64,000 bases of DNA from Limnohabitans sp. (GCF_038134685.1 NZ_JAYPVP010000002.1:37089-101088); one strand, 5' to 3'. Shown: positions 49,171 to 59,431, counted from the stretch's first letter. Notes: generated by a model not told the origin, from the sequence alone. Program-made: numbers and translations.

Positions 49171-49716
49171 ATGTCTGATTCGCCTTTGGTCTCCGATTTG
49201 TTGCAGCCTCGTACCGATATTTGGTACCTGGTTTATGCCAAGCCTCGGCAAGAAGAGATCGCACGTTTTAATTTGCAGCAGCAAGGTTTTGAGGCCTATG
49301 TGCCGCTCTACAAGAAATTCAAAAAGACAGAGCAGGGACCCGTTGCGGTGTTTGAACCGATGTTCCCGCGCTATCTGTTTTTCCGCCCAACATCCTCCGG
49401 TCAAAGCCTAAGCTCTGTGCGTTCTACGCGTGGTGTGACGACGTTGGTACGCTTTGGCTTTGAACCTGCGCTGGTGGCTGACGCTTTGGTAGATCGCATC
49501 CGACAGCTTGAGCATGAACGCAACGAAGCGACTTTGCAGCAAACCAGTGATGTACGGGCCGGACAAAGAGTCCGCCTCAGGCACACAGCCTTGGGTGATG
49601 TGGAAGGCTTGGTTCAAAGCGTGTCGAGCAAGCGGGTAGCCGTGTTGCTCGAAATTCTGGGCAGGCCTGCAGTGGTTCAGGTTGAGTATTTTCAGGTGGA
49701 GCCAGCTGACGCCTGA
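49171..49716 (+). CDS. rfaH: RfaH-like NusG-paralog transcription antiterminator
   Basis: 181 aa. NGN domain WYLVYAKPRQEEIARFNLQQQGFEAYVPLY...FEPMFPRYLFFR...STRGVTTLVRFG. C-terminal KOW-like AGQRVRLRHTALGDVEGLVQSV. Parallels E. coli RfaH. Confidence 0.8.
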   Translation: MSDSPLVSDLLQPRTDIWYLVYAKPRQEEIARFNLQQQGFEAYVPLYKKFKKTEQGPVAVFEPMFPRYLFFRPTSSGQSLSSVRSTRGVTTLVRFGFEPALVADALVDRIRQLEHERNEATLQQTSDVRAGQRVRLRHTALGDVEGLVQSVSSKRVAVLLEILGRPAVVQVEYFQVEPADA

Positions 49717-49754
49717 TGCAGGGCAACAGCGGCTTGACTGCAGGGAGAGAAATC

Positions 49755-49925
49755 ATGAAAAAAACACTCGTCACACTGTCGTGTGCTTTGGCCACCAGCT
49801 TTGCTTTACAGGGATGCACCGTGCTTGCCATCGCCGATGCGGCAGGCTCTGCCGTGGTCTACGGTGCCAAGACAGCAGTCAATGTGCTGGACGCCATCAC
49901 GCCAGACATCATCAACAAGGACTGA
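49755..49925 (+). CDS. small putative lipoprotein
   Basis: ORF 49716..49925. Internal ATG 49755 gives MKKTLVTLSCALATSFALQGC (signal peptide plus lipobox LQGC), 56 aa. No family recognised. Confidence 0.55.
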   Translation: MKKTLVTLSCALATSFALQGCTVLAIADAAGSAVVYGAKTAVNVLDAITPDIINKD

Positions 49926-49963
49926 GGGTGCTGCCACCGGCCGTCATGGGCCAGTGACGTTGT

Positions 49964-50560
49964 TCAGATACCCAGCCAGCCGTGGGTGCGGGCAAAGTGC
50001 AAGGCTTGCGTGCGGCTGTTGACGCCCAAGCGACGAAACAAACGCCAGAAGTGGACCTTGACGGTGTGCTCACTGATGTTCAATTTGTCGGCAATGTCGC
50101 GGTTTGACAGGCCTTGATCCAGCATCAGGATGAGTTGCTTTTGACGCTTGGACAATTTTGTCGGGGCAGAACCTGTGCTCTCTTGGGATTCGTCTTCAGT
50201 GACCAGCAGCTCGCGCAATTTTTGCAGCACTTGATTGACTGGTTCTGTTTTTTCAATGAAGACATTGGCACCTGCATGCATGCTGGCAGCCTCATAGTCT
50301 TGAGCATCGCTGGCGGTGACCACGGCCAAAGGCACATCAGCGTGGTTGGCGCGCACCATCTGTACTCCCGACATGCCCAAAGTGTCGGGCAGTTGAAGTT
50401 CCATGCAAATAAGCTCGGGCTCGCCACCTTTGAGGACTGCGGAGTCCAATGCGTTCATCTTGTGCACCGGCACCACCTTCAGGCCGGGTTTGATGCGCTG
50501 AATCAGCATGGTCAGCGCATCGCGCATCAGGGGGTGGCTGTCGATGACGTAAACAGTCAT
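49964..50560 (-). CDS. LuxR/NarL-family response regulator with atypical receiver (Glu at the phospho-acceptor position)
   Basis: ORF 49964..50620 (TTG); ATG 50560 gives MTVYVIDSHPLMRD... LuxR HTH: LSKRQKQLILMLDQGLSNRDIADKLNISEHTVKVHFWRLFRRLGV. The expected ...LDL.MPD reads ICMELQLPD. Confidence 0.85.
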   Translation of the reverse strand: MTVYVIDSHPLMRDALTMLIQRIKPGLKVVPVHKMNALDSAVLKGGEPELICMELQLPDTLGMSGVQMVRANHADVPLAVVTASDAQDYEAASMHAGANVFIEKTEPVNQVLQKLRELLVTEDESQESTGSAPTKLSKRQKQLILMLDQGLSNRDIADKLNISEHTVKVHFWRLFRRLGVNSRTQALHFARTHGWLGI

Positions 50561-50646
50561 GATTTGTGGCGAAGCATTAATTGGAAAGTTATAGGATAGC
50601 AGCTTTCCGAGGAAATGCAAGTAAATCGATATATTTGTTGAGAATG

Positions 50647-51966
50647 TTATTTCTTTTTGCTTTCGGCAATTTCTCTCAGGTCTGAGAGGGCTTGCGCGAT
50701 CAAGTTGCTTTGCCCGGTGCTCACGCCCAGCAATTTGTCAGCAAGTGTCTCAAGCGCTGTTATTCCCTCGTTTTGAAGGCGGGCTATGGCTTGGCCCGCT
50801 TCTTTGGGGGCTTCAAACCCGCGGCTTTGCAGCAGGACTTGTCCTTGGGTATCAACCAGTTTGAAGTAAAACAAGCCATCAGGTTCGCGGTATTGCTTGA
50901 ATGCAGGAGGTGCTGTTTTTTCAATCTTGGCGGCAGTCGTGGTGACTGCGCTGGCCAAGCTTCGCAGCCCCACGGCATGGCGTAGTTCCTTGATGAAGGG
51001 GGTGGCCAGCGCGCGCGCTTTCTCAGCCCCTTGCAGCAGCAAGGCATCCACCTTTGCAGGATTGGCGATCAGGCTGTTGTAGGCGTCGCGCATGGGGGCC
51101 ATTTCGCGGTCAATGCGCTCAAACAGAACTTGCTTGGCATCACCCCAGGCAATGCCGTCGGCGTAGGCTTTAGCCAAAGCAGCGGTTTCTTCTGTGCTGG
51201 CAAAAGCCTGGTAAATCTGGAACAGCGCTGAGCCTTCGGTGTCCTTGGCCTCGCCGGGGGCGCGAGAATCGGTCAGGATGCTGGCAATGAGCTTGCGCAT
51301 GTCTGCTCTCGATGCAAACAGCGGGATGGTGTTGTCGTAGCTTTTGCTCATTTTGCGGCCATCCAGACCGGGCAGCAGCGCAACGGTTTCTTCGACAACT
51401 GCCTCGGGCAGCACAAAGTGTGAGCCGTAGAGGTGGTTGAAGCTCGAGGCCATGTCGCGGGCCATTTCGATGTGCTGGATCTGGTCGCGACCTACAGGTA
51501 CTTTGTGGGCCTTGAACATCAAAATGTCTGCGCCCATGAGCACCGGGTACATGAACAGACCAGCGGTGACGTCGTTGTCCGGGTCGTTGCCGGCAGCCTG
51601 ATTCTTGTCTACAGCGGCTTTGTAGGCATGGGCGCGGTTGAGTAGGCCTTTGCCGGTGACGCAGGTCAGCAGCCAGGTGAGCTCCGGAATTTCGGGAATG
51701 TCGGACTGCCGATAGAAGGTGACTTTGTCCACGTCCAGCCCCGCTGCGATCCAGCTGGCGGCGATTTCCAGGGTGGAGCGCTGGATGCGTGCCGGGTCAT
51801 CGCACTTGATGAGGGCGTGGTAGTCGGCCAGAAAGTAAAAGCAATCGGTGTCCGGGTTGCGGCTGGCTTGCACAGCTGGGCGGATGGCGCCCACATAGTT
51901 GCCCAGGTGGGGAATGCCGGTGGTGGTGATGCCGGTCAGGACGCGGGTGCGCTCAGCGTTGCTCAT
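50647..51966 (-). CDS. trpS: tryptophan--tRNA ligase with C-terminal YegP/DUF1508-like extension
   Basis: 439 aa. HIGH-type GIPHLGNY and KMSKS motifs. The last ~100 aa contain DGLFYFKLVDTQGQVLLQSRGFEAPKEAGQAIARLQNEG, resembling a YegP repeat. Confidence 0.93.
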   Translation of the reverse strand: MSNAERTRVLTGITTTGIPHLGNYVGAIRPAVQASRNPDTDCFYFLADYHALIKCDDPARIQRSTLEIAASWIAAGLDVDKVTFYRQSDIPEIPELTWLLTCVTGKGLLNRAHAYKAAVDKNQAAGNDPDNDVTAGLFMYPVLMGADILMFKAHKVPVGRDQIQHIEMARDMASSFNHLYGSHFVLPEAVVEETVALLPGLDGRKMSKSYDNTIPLFASRADMRKLIASILTDSRAPGEAKDTEGSALFQIYQAFASTEETAALAKAYADGIAWGDAKQVLFERIDREMAPMRDAYNSLIANPAKVDALLLQGAEKARALATPFIKELRHAVGLRSLASAVTTTAAKIEKTAPPAFKQYREPDGLFYFKLVDTQGQVLLQSRGFEAPKEAGQAIARLQNEGITALETLADKLLGVSTGQSNLIAQALSDLREIAESKKK

Positions 51967-51984
51967 GGAAATACCTGGAAAAAA

Positions 51985-52656
51985 TCAGTGAAGCAAAAAT
52001 GACAGGGGGCTCAGCGCAAGCTTGAGCAATGAAAAGGTCAGGGCCATGATGGGTTGCATCCACAAAGCACTGACGACGCCGGCAATCACCAGCGCCATGA
52101 CGATGAAAAAGCCCCAGGGCTCAATGCGTGAAACCATGGCCGCCTGGCGCCGGGGCAGCAGGCCCACCAAAATGCGTCCACCGTCCAGCGGGGGCAGGGG
52201 AAAGAGGTTGAAGGCGAACATGACGACATTGGTCAGCATGCCAGCGCGGCACATTTCCAGAAAGAAACGTTCTTGCAGGCCGACGCCTGCAAGCACATAA
52301 AGCACCACCCCCCACAGCAGGGCCTGCAGCAAATTGGAGGCGGGGCCGGCCAGTGCGACCCAGACCATGTCTTTCTTGGGATGGCGCAGGCGGTCAAAAC
52401 GAACGGGGACAGGCTTGGCGTAGCCAAACAAGAAGGCCCCACCAGTGCTGAAGTACAGCAGCAAAGGCATGAAGATGGTGCCCAAGGGATCAATATGCAC
52501 CATGGGGTTGAGTGTGACGCGCCCCATCATGGCGGCTGTGTTGTCCCCCAAGCGTTGAGCAGCGTAGCCGTGTGCAGCCTCGTGCAGCGTGATCGCAAAA
52601 ATCACCGGCAAGGCATAAATCAGAACGGTTTGAATCAGATCGGTCATGTCATTCAC
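51985..52656 (-). CDS. site-2 protease (M50) family protein
   Basis: 223 aa, multi-TM, HEAAHG zinc motif. Confidence 0.85.
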   Translation of the reverse strand: MNDMTDLIQTVLIYALPVIFAITLHEAAHGYAAQRLGDNTAAMMGRVTLNPMVHIDPLGTIFMPLLLYFSTGGAFLFGYAKPVPVRFDRLRHPKKDMVWVALAGPASNLLQALLWGVVLYVLAGVGLQERFFLEMCRAGMLTNVVMFAFNLFPLPPLDGGRILVGLLPRRQAAMVSRIEPWGFFIVMALVIAGVVSALWMQPIMALTFSLLKLALSPLSFLLH

Positions 52657-52690
52657 ATGCCGATTGTCTCAGACCCGCGCAGGTGTGGGC

Positions 52691-53314
52691 TTAAAGACCC
52701 AAACGTGCAGGGTCACCTGCGCCATGGCGGAGCAATTCGGGGTTGTCGCCGCTCATGTCGATTACGGTGGTCGGAGCCATGGTGCAGGGGCCGGCGTCAA
52801 TGACGCCGGCAATCTGGTGTTCCAGTTGTTCGCGGATCTCGTGCGGATCGTTGAGCGGGTCGGTTGCGCCAGGCAGGATCAATGTGGTGGCTATCAGGGG
52901 CGCGCCATGCAACTCCAGCAGCGCTTGCAGGGTCAGATGCTCGGGCACGCGCAGGCCAATGGTTTTGCGTTGCGGGTGGCTCAAGCGGCGGGGCACTTCC
53001 TTGGTGGCTTCCAGAATGAAGGTGAAGGGCCCTGGCGTGGCTTGCTTGATGAGGCGGAATTGGCGGTTGTCCACCCGCGCGTAGTTGGCCAGCTCGCTCA
53101 GGTCGCGGCAGAGCAGGGTGAGGTGGTGCTTTTCATCGACACCGCGAACACGACGCAATTGATCTGCGGCAGCCTTGTCGTCCACATGGCAAACCAAGGC
53201 ATAGCTGGAGTCTGTGGGGACGGCCAGGATGCCGCCCTTGTCGAGCAGCAAGCAGGCCTGTTTGAGCAGGCGAGCTTGTGGATTTTCGGGGTGGATGCTG
53301 AAATGTTGGGCCAT
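52691..53314 (-). CDS. yciO: YciO (Sua5/YrdC/YciO family, threonylcarbamoyl-AMP synthase-like)
   Basis: ORF 52691..53620; start moved to ATG 53314. MAQHFSIHPENPQARLLKQACLLLDKGGILAVPTDSSYAL...LLCRDLSELANYARVDN...ATKEVPRRL... is collinear with E. coli YciO (207 aa). Confidence 0.9.
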   Translation of the reverse strand: MAQHFSIHPENPQARLLKQACLLLDKGGILAVPTDSSYALVCHVDDKAAADQLRRVRGVDEKHHLTLLCRDLSELANYARVDNRQFRLIKQATPGPFTFILEATKEVPRRLSHPQRKTIGLRVPEHLTLQALLELHGAPLIATTLILPGATDPLNDPHEIREQLEHQIAGVIDAGPCTMAPTTVIDMSGDNPELLRHGAGDPARLGL

Positions 53315-53319
53315 GATGA

Positions 53320-54243
53320 TCAGGATTCCGGCAAGGTCACGGGAACGCGGCTTTCCTTGAGGGTGAGCCATGCGCCTATGGCGCCTGAAATGCCGACCAG
53401 CACCATGCCCCATAAAGTGATGTGGTCGGGGACATGGTTGAACACCAGCCAGCCGCCCACTGTGGCGAAACCGATTTGCACGTACATATAGGGCGTCAGC
53501 GTGGCTGCGGGGCTGCGCGAGTAGGCCATGATCAGGAAAAAATGCCCCAATGTGCCCAGCAGGCCAATCAGCAGCATCTGTGCCCATTCTGTCCACAACG
53601 CAGGGCTTTCCCACGTCCATGGCAGGATGAGCGTCGCCAGCAAAGCACCCACCCAGCCGGTGTACAGGTGCATGGTGATGGGGTCTTCAATGCGCGCCAT
53701 TTTGCTGGTCAGCACCTGAAAGGCCGAGTTGGTGCCCACGAGCAGCAAGGGCAATATCAAGCCCCAGTCAAATGCCGTACCGCCGGGGCGAATGACCACC
53801 AGCGTGCCCACGAAGCCCATGCACACCAGCAGCCAGCGCGTACGGCTGACCTTTTCCTTCAGTTGCCGGGCGGCCAGCAAGGTGATGACCAGTGGCGTGA
53901 TCATGACAATCGCCGTGAACTCTCCAACTGGCATGTACTTCAGGCTGAAAAATGCGAGCAGGCTGGTACAAAACAGCAGCAAGCCACGCAGCAGCTGATA
54001 GCGCGGGTGAGCGGTGTAAAAGATCTTGAATCCTCGCCCAGGCAGCACTACAGCGGTTGTGGCCAAGGCCTGAAAAGCGTAACGAACCCATAAAGCCATG
54101 AGCAGCGACAGTTGCAAACTGATGTGTTTGGTGGTGGTGTCCATCGCTGCAAAACAGGCCACCGCCAGCAAGGCAAAGCCAATACCGGACAGGACGTTGT
54201 ACGCTGGAGTCTTCACTGAATACGATCGGCCAACACTTCCCAT
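53320..54243 (-). CDS. DMT (EamA) family transporter
   Basis: 307 aa, about 10 TM segments, duplicated EamA-like halves. Alternative start GTG 54216 would form a GTGA overlap with the yciV stop. Confidence 0.85.
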   Translation of the reverse strand: MGSVGRSYSVKTPAYNVLSGIGFALLAVACFAAMDTTTKHISLQLSLLMALWVRYAFQALATTAVVLPGRGFKIFYTAHPRYQLLRGLLLFCTSLLAFFSLKYMPVGEFTAIVMITPLVITLLAARQLKEKVSRTRWLLVCMGFVGTLVVIRPGGTAFDWGLILPLLLVGTNSAFQVLTSKMARIEDPITMHLYTGWVGALLATLILPWTWESPALWTEWAQMLLIGLLGTLGHFFLIMAYSRSPAATLTPYMYVQIGFATVGGWLVFNHVPDHITLWGMVLVGISGAIGAWLTLKESRVPVTLPES

Positions 54244-55067
54244 GCCGGGGTCAGCTCACCTGACAGCCAAGGCAGGGCGCCCAGATCGGTGTGGCTTTCT
54301 TCGGGGCTGTGAAAGTCACTGCCGCGAGAGGCGAAGAGGCCAAATTCCTTGGCGGTGTCTGCATAACGCACAGCCTCTTGTGGGGAGTGGCTGCCTGTGA
54401 CCACTTCCACGCCCTGGCCGCCGTGTGCCTTGAACTCGGTAAAGAGTGCGTACTCTTCGTTGGGTGTGAAGCCATAGCGCGCGGGGTGAGCAATGACTGC
54501 CATGCCGCCAGCTTGTGTGATCCATTGCACCGCATCTTGAAGGCGAGCCCAACGGTGGGGCACAAAGCCGGGTTTGCCTTCGGTCAGGTATTTGCGAAAT
54601 ACCTCTGAGGTTTCTTTGCACACACCTGCCTCGACCAGATAGCGGGCGAAGTGGGTGCGGGAAATCAGGTCGGGATTGCCCACGTATTTGAGCGCACCCT
54701 CGTAAGCGCCCACGATACCGACTTTGGCCAGAGAGTCAGACATTTCCTGGGCGCGGTCTCCACGGCCGCCGCGTGTGCGGCGCAGGCCGTCTTGGAGCTG
54801 GGTGTCGTGATGGTCAAAGCCCAAGCCCACAATGTGCACGGTCTGGTTGGCAAATGTGACCGAAATTTCGACGCCAGTCAGATAAGGCAGTTTCTGCGCA
54901 CGGGCTGCGGCCAATGCGCGGTCCTGGCCGCCCACTTCGTCGTGATCGGTCAGCGCCCAGAGTTCCACGCCTGCAGCCTTGGCGCGCTCGGCCAGTTGCT
55001 CGGGCGTCAGGGTGCCATCCGAGATGACGGAGTGGCAGTGCAGGTCGGCGTTGAGGATGGATTTCAC
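54213..55067 (-). CDS. yciV: PHP-domain phosphoesterase YciV/TrpH-like
   Basis: 284 aa, MKSILNADLHCHSVISDGTLTPEQLAERAKAAGVELWALTDHDEVGG (PHP motifs). Confidence 0.88.
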   Translation of the reverse strand: MKSILNADLHCHSVISDGTLTPEQLAERAKAAGVELWALTDHDEVGGQDRALAAARAQKLPYLTGVEISVTFANQTVHIVGLGFDHHDTQLQDGLRRTRGGRGDRAQEMSDSLAKVGIVGAYEGALKYVGNPDLISRTHFARYLVEAGVCKETSEVFRKYLTEGKPGFVPHRWARLQDAVQWITQAGGMAVIAHPARYGFTPNEEYALFTEFKAHGGQGVEVVTGSHSPQEAVRYADTAKEFGLFASRGSDFHSPEESHTDLGALPWLSGELTPAWEVLADRIQ

Positions 55068-55123
55068 AAAGTCATTTTAGACCGTGACACGGCAGTGTCA
55101 TGCGGGCTGCGCATAATGTCCAT

Positions 55124-56046
<923 letters not shown>

Positions 56047-56055
56047 GCACAGAGC

Positions 56056-56676
56056 TCATTGCGCCGTATCAGGCGGTGCCAGGCGGGGTGGCTTGGGGCG
56101 AGGTGGTTTGCTGGTGTGGATTTTGACCATGGCTTTGGCCATGTCACCTTCCAGCAGCAGAGGCAGTGCTGTCACCGCGCGGGCAATGGCGGTGTGAATG
56201 GCTTCACGATGCTCGGCCATGGGCTTTTTTAGCACCCAGCTGACCACTTCCGATTTGACGCCAGGGTGGCCTACGCCAATGCGCAGGCGCCAGTAATCGG
56301 GGGTGCCGAGTTGAGCGTGAATGTCGCGCAGTCCATTGTGACCAGCGTGTGAGCCGCCCTGCTTGAGTTTGACCTCACCGGGCGGTATGTCCATTTCGTC
56401 GTGTGCGACCAGAATTTCGTCAGACTGGATTTTGAAAAACCGTGCCAGTGCGGCTACCGACTTTCCTGACAGATTCATGAAGGTTTGTGGTTCCAGCAGC
56501 CAGACGGTTTGATCGTTGACTGTGGTTCTAGCCATCAGTCCATGGTAGCTGCGCTCGGGCGCGAGTCGCACCTTGAGTTCGCGAGCCACAGCGTCAATGA
56601 ACCAGAACCCCGCGTTGTGTCGGGTGTCTTCGTATTCCGTGCCTGGGTTGCCCAGACCAACGAACAGTTTGATCAT
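56056..56676 (-). CDS. pth: aminoacyl-tRNA hydrolase
   Basis: ORF 56056..56709 (GTG); ATG 56676 gives [26 protein letters not shown]. Ends in a Pro-rich tail [17 protein letters not shown]. Confidence 0.92.
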   Translation of the reverse strand: MIKLFVGLGNPGTEYEDTRHNAGFWFIDAVARELKVRLAPERSYHGLMARTTVNDQTVWLLEPQTFMNLSGKSVAALARFFKIQSDEILVAHDEMDIPPGEVKLKQGGSHAGHNGLRDIHAQLGTPDYWRLRIGVGHPGVKSEVVSWVLKKPMAEHREAIHTAIARAVTALPLLLEGDMAKAMVKIHTSKPPRPKPPRLAPPDTAQ

Positions 56677-56692
56677 GAAAGGATTATCTGGC

Positions 56693-56720
56693 CAAAAAAA
56701 GGCCCGCACACGGCGGGCCT
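56693..56720 (-). terminator. intrinsic terminator-like hairpin between rplY and pth
   Basis: Minus strand: AGGCCCGC-cgtgt-GCGGGCCT followed by TTTTTTTGG; it ends about 17 nt before the pth ATG. Confidence 0.55.
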
Positions 56721-56742
56721 GGTTGCGCGAAGCGGGCTTGAA

Positions 56743-57369
56743 TTACTTCTTGCCTTTGCCCTTGGCGGGTGCTTCTGCAGGGGCTGCAGCGGGGGCTGCA
56801 ATTTCCTCTTCCACCGGCACGGTGACGGACACCAGGACGGGGTTGGGCTTGCCATGCACCAGGGCCTTGACACCTTTGGGCAGGGTGATGTCGTTCAGGT
56901 GCAGGGACTTGCCGCTTTCCAGGGTGGACAGGTCCACAGCGATGAACTCGGGCAGGTCTGCGGGCAGGCAGGCCACTTCGATTTCATTGACCACGTGGTT
57001 GATCAGGCACTTGTCGTTCTTGACGGCAGGAGAGTTTTCTTCGCCGGAGAAGTGGAAAGGCACCTTCATGTGCAACACGGTGTTGGCTTCCACGCGTTGG
57101 AAGTCGATGTGCAGCACCAGTTGTTTGAAGGGGTGCATCTGGTAGTCACGCAGCAGCACTTTGCTGGTTTGACCAGCCAGTTCCATCTCCAGGATGGAAG
57201 CGTGGAAGGCTTCTTTTTTCAGGGCGTGCCACAGTGCGTTGTGGTCCAGCTCGATCAGCTTGGGCTCACTGGAGCCACCATAGACGATGCCGGGGGTCAT
57301 GCCGGTGTTGCGCAGACGGCGGCTCGCACCCGTACCCTGCTTGGAACGCTCAAAAGCGACGAATTTCAT
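56743..57369 (-). CDS. rplY: 50S ribosomal protein L25/general stress protein Ctc
   Basis: 208 aa, [32 protein letters not shown]...; Ala/Pro/Lys-rich C-terminus. AAGGAG upstream. Confidence 0.93.
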   Translation of the reverse strand: MKFVAFERSKQGTGASRRLRNTGMTPGIVYGGSSEPKLIELDHNALWHALKKEAFHASILEMELAGQTSKVLLRDYQMHPFKQLVLHIDFQRVEANTVLHMKVPFHFSGEENSPAVKNDKCLINHVVNEIEVACLPADLPEFIAVDLSTLESGKSLHLNDITLPKGVKALVHGKPNPVLVSVTVPVEEEIAAPAAAPAEAPAKGKGKK

Positions 57370-57431
57370 ACTTACTCCTTGTTGAACACACCGCGACCAG
57401 TGTTGTTCAGGCTTTAAAAACTGTGCTTCGA

Positions 57432-58409
57432 TCAGCTCTGATCGGAGAACAGGCTCATCACCGACTCTCCTTTGGCGATCCGGTGAATCGTTTCTGCGAT
57501 CAGCGGAGCCACGGACAGTTGGCGAATCTTGGGGCAGGCGGCAGCAGCTGCCGACAGCGGGATGGTGTTGGTGACCACAACCTCGTCCAGCGCGTCGCCC
57601 TGGGCGATGCGGTCAATGGCGGGGCCGGAGAAGATAGGGTGCGTGCAATAAGCGTACACGTTCTTGGCGCCACGGGCCTTGAGCACTTCGGCAGCTTTCA
57701 CCAGCGTGCCTGCGGTGTCGATCATGTCGTCCATGATCACACAGTTGCGGCCTTCGATCTCGCCGATGACGTGCATCACTTCGGAAACGTTGGCTTTGGG
57801 GCGGCGCTTGTCGATGATGGCCAGGTCGCAGCCGAGCTGCTTGGCCAGTGCACGGGCGCGCACCACGCCACCCACATCGGGCGACACGACGATCAGGTCT
57901 TCGTAGTTTTTCTGGCGCAGGTCACCCAACAGCACGGGCGAAGCGTAGATGTTGTCCACCGGGATGTCAAAGAAGCCCTGGATCTGGTCAGCGTGCAAGT
58001 CCATGGTCAGCACACGGTCCACGCCCACAGCCTGCAGCATGTTGGCGACCACCTTGGCCGAAATCGGCACACGGGTGGAGCGGGGGCGGCGATCCTGGCG
58101 AGCGTAACCGAAGTAGGGAATCACGGCGCTGATGCGCTCAGCCGATGCACGCTTGAGGGCATCCACCATGATGAGCAGCTCCATCAGGTTTTCGTTGGTG
58201 GGTGCGCATGTGGACTGGATGACGAACACTTCGCGAGCGCGAACGTTTTGCTTGAGTTCGACGGTGACTTCGCCATCAGAGAAGCGACCCACGTCCACAG
58301 CGCCCAGCTGGGTGCCCAGGTGTTTGGCCATTTCTGCGGCCAGCGCCGGGTTGGCGTTGCCGGTGAACAGCATGAAGTCGGAATGATTGGCGGCGGGCAT
58401 TTGCTGCAT
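57432..58409 (-). CDS. prs: ribose-phosphate diphosphokinase
   Basis: 325 aa. [34 protein letters not shown] motifs. Exact start (58409 or 58400) uncertain. Confidence 0.95.
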   Translation of the reverse strand: MQQMPAANHSDFMLFTGNANPALAAEMAKHLGTQLGAVDVGRFSDGEVTVELKQNVRAREVFVIQSTCAPTNENLMELLIMVDALKRASAERISAVIPYFGYARQDRRPRSTRVPISAKVVANMLQAVGVDRVLTMDLHADQIQGFFDIPVDNIYASPVLLGDLRQKNYEDLIVVSPDVGGVVRARALAKQLGCDLAIIDKRRPKANVSEVMHVIGEIEGRNCVIMDDMIDTAGTLVKAAEVLKARGAKNVYAYCTHPIFSGPAIDRIAQGDALDEVVVTNTIPLSAAAAACPKIRQLSVAPLIAETIHRIAKGESVMSLFSDQS

Positions 58410-58455
58410 GGCGCGTTCCAGCGATCAGAAAACGTGAAGAACGATTTGAGGTATT

Positions 58456-58532
58456 TGGCAGGGGAGGAAGGACTCGAACCCTCGCATGCCGGAATCAAAA
58501 TCCGGTGCCTTAACCAACTTGGCGACTCCCCT
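58456..58532 (-). tRNA. tRNA-Gln (anticodon UUG)
   Basis: Minus strand: AGGGGAGTCGCCAAGTTGGTTAAGGCACCGGATTTTGATTCCGGCATGCGAGGGTTCGAGTCCTTCCTCCCCTGCCA. Hand-folded cloverleaf: 7-bp acceptor stem, anticodon stem CCGGA/TCCGG with loop TTTTGAT (anticodon TTG), T-loop GGTTCGAGTCC, encoded CCA. Confidence 0.92.
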
Positions 58533-58564
58533 ACACAGGTTGACAGCACAAGGCTGCCCACCGA

Positions 58565-59410
58565 TCAACTGTCGCTGGCTGCCCACCCCAAAAGAGGATG
58601 AACATCCAAATTGCGGCATAACCGAGAAACCCATTGGTCAGGCATAGCGCCGGGTTTCACCGAGACTGGGCAATGCGCAAAAACTGCGCTGCCAGAACCT
58701 GTCATTTTACCGGCCAAGCCAGTGTTTTTGAGCCATTCAAGCGCCTGATGAACCTCAGGGCACAAACGCTCAGCGACAGGTTGCAAGTCGTTATGGCCAA
58801 AGCCATAAGGGTCTGCAGCAAAGACCGAGATTGTAGCATGGTTTGTATCGCGCTTCAATTGCGGATCTGCAAAAATTTTTGCGGTTTCCAGGCCGGCAGG
58901 GGGCTTGATGACTAAAAAGTGCCCGGGCGGCAATTCGACAGGGGTGATGGACTCGCCTATGCCTTCGACCCACGCGTTATGCCCATGCAGAAAAAACGGC
59001 ACATCGGCCCCCAGTTTCAGGCCCAGTTGGGCCAATTGGCCCGTGCTCAGCTTCAGGCCCCACAGCCGGTTGAGGGCCAGCAGGCAGCTGGCGGCATCGG
59101 ATGAGCCACCGCCCATGCCCGCCTGGGCGGGGATGTTCTTTTCCACGGCAATGTGAGCCCCCAACGAGCAACCGGTATGGGCCTGCAGCAAGCGTGCTGC
59201 ACGGGTGATGAGGTCATCTGCAGGCAAGGGCACGTTTAAATCCTCGCGCGAGATCAGACCATCCACACGCACCTCAAAATGCAGAGTGTCCTGCCAGTCG
59301 ATCAACATGAATGCCGATTGCAGCAGGTGGTAACCATCCGGCCGTCGGCCGGTGATGTGCAAAAACAAATTGAGTTTGGCCGGTGCCGGCACGTCGACAA
59401 GGGATTGCAT
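58565..59410 (-). CDS. ispE: 4-(cytidine 5'-diphospho)-2-C-methyl-D-erythritol kinase
   Basis: 281 aa. APAKLNLFLHITGRRPDGYH and GHMP motif PAQAGMGGGSSDAA. Confidence 0.92.
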   Translation of the reverse strand: MQSLVDVPAPAKLNLFLHITGRRPDGYHLLQSAFMLIDWQDTLHFEVRVDGLISREDLNVPLPADDLITRAARLLQAHTGCSLGAHIAVEKNIPAQAGMGGGSSDAASCLLALNRLWGLKLSTGQLAQLGLKLGADVPFFLHGHNAWVEGIGESITPVELPPGHFLVIKPPAGLETAKIFADPQLKRDTNHATISVFAADPYGFGHNDLQPVAERLCPEVHQALEWLKNTGLAGKMTGSGSAVFAHCPVSVKPGAMPDQWVSRLCRNLDVHPLLGWAASDS

Positions 59411-59431
59411 GATTGAATTATCCCCGTCACA

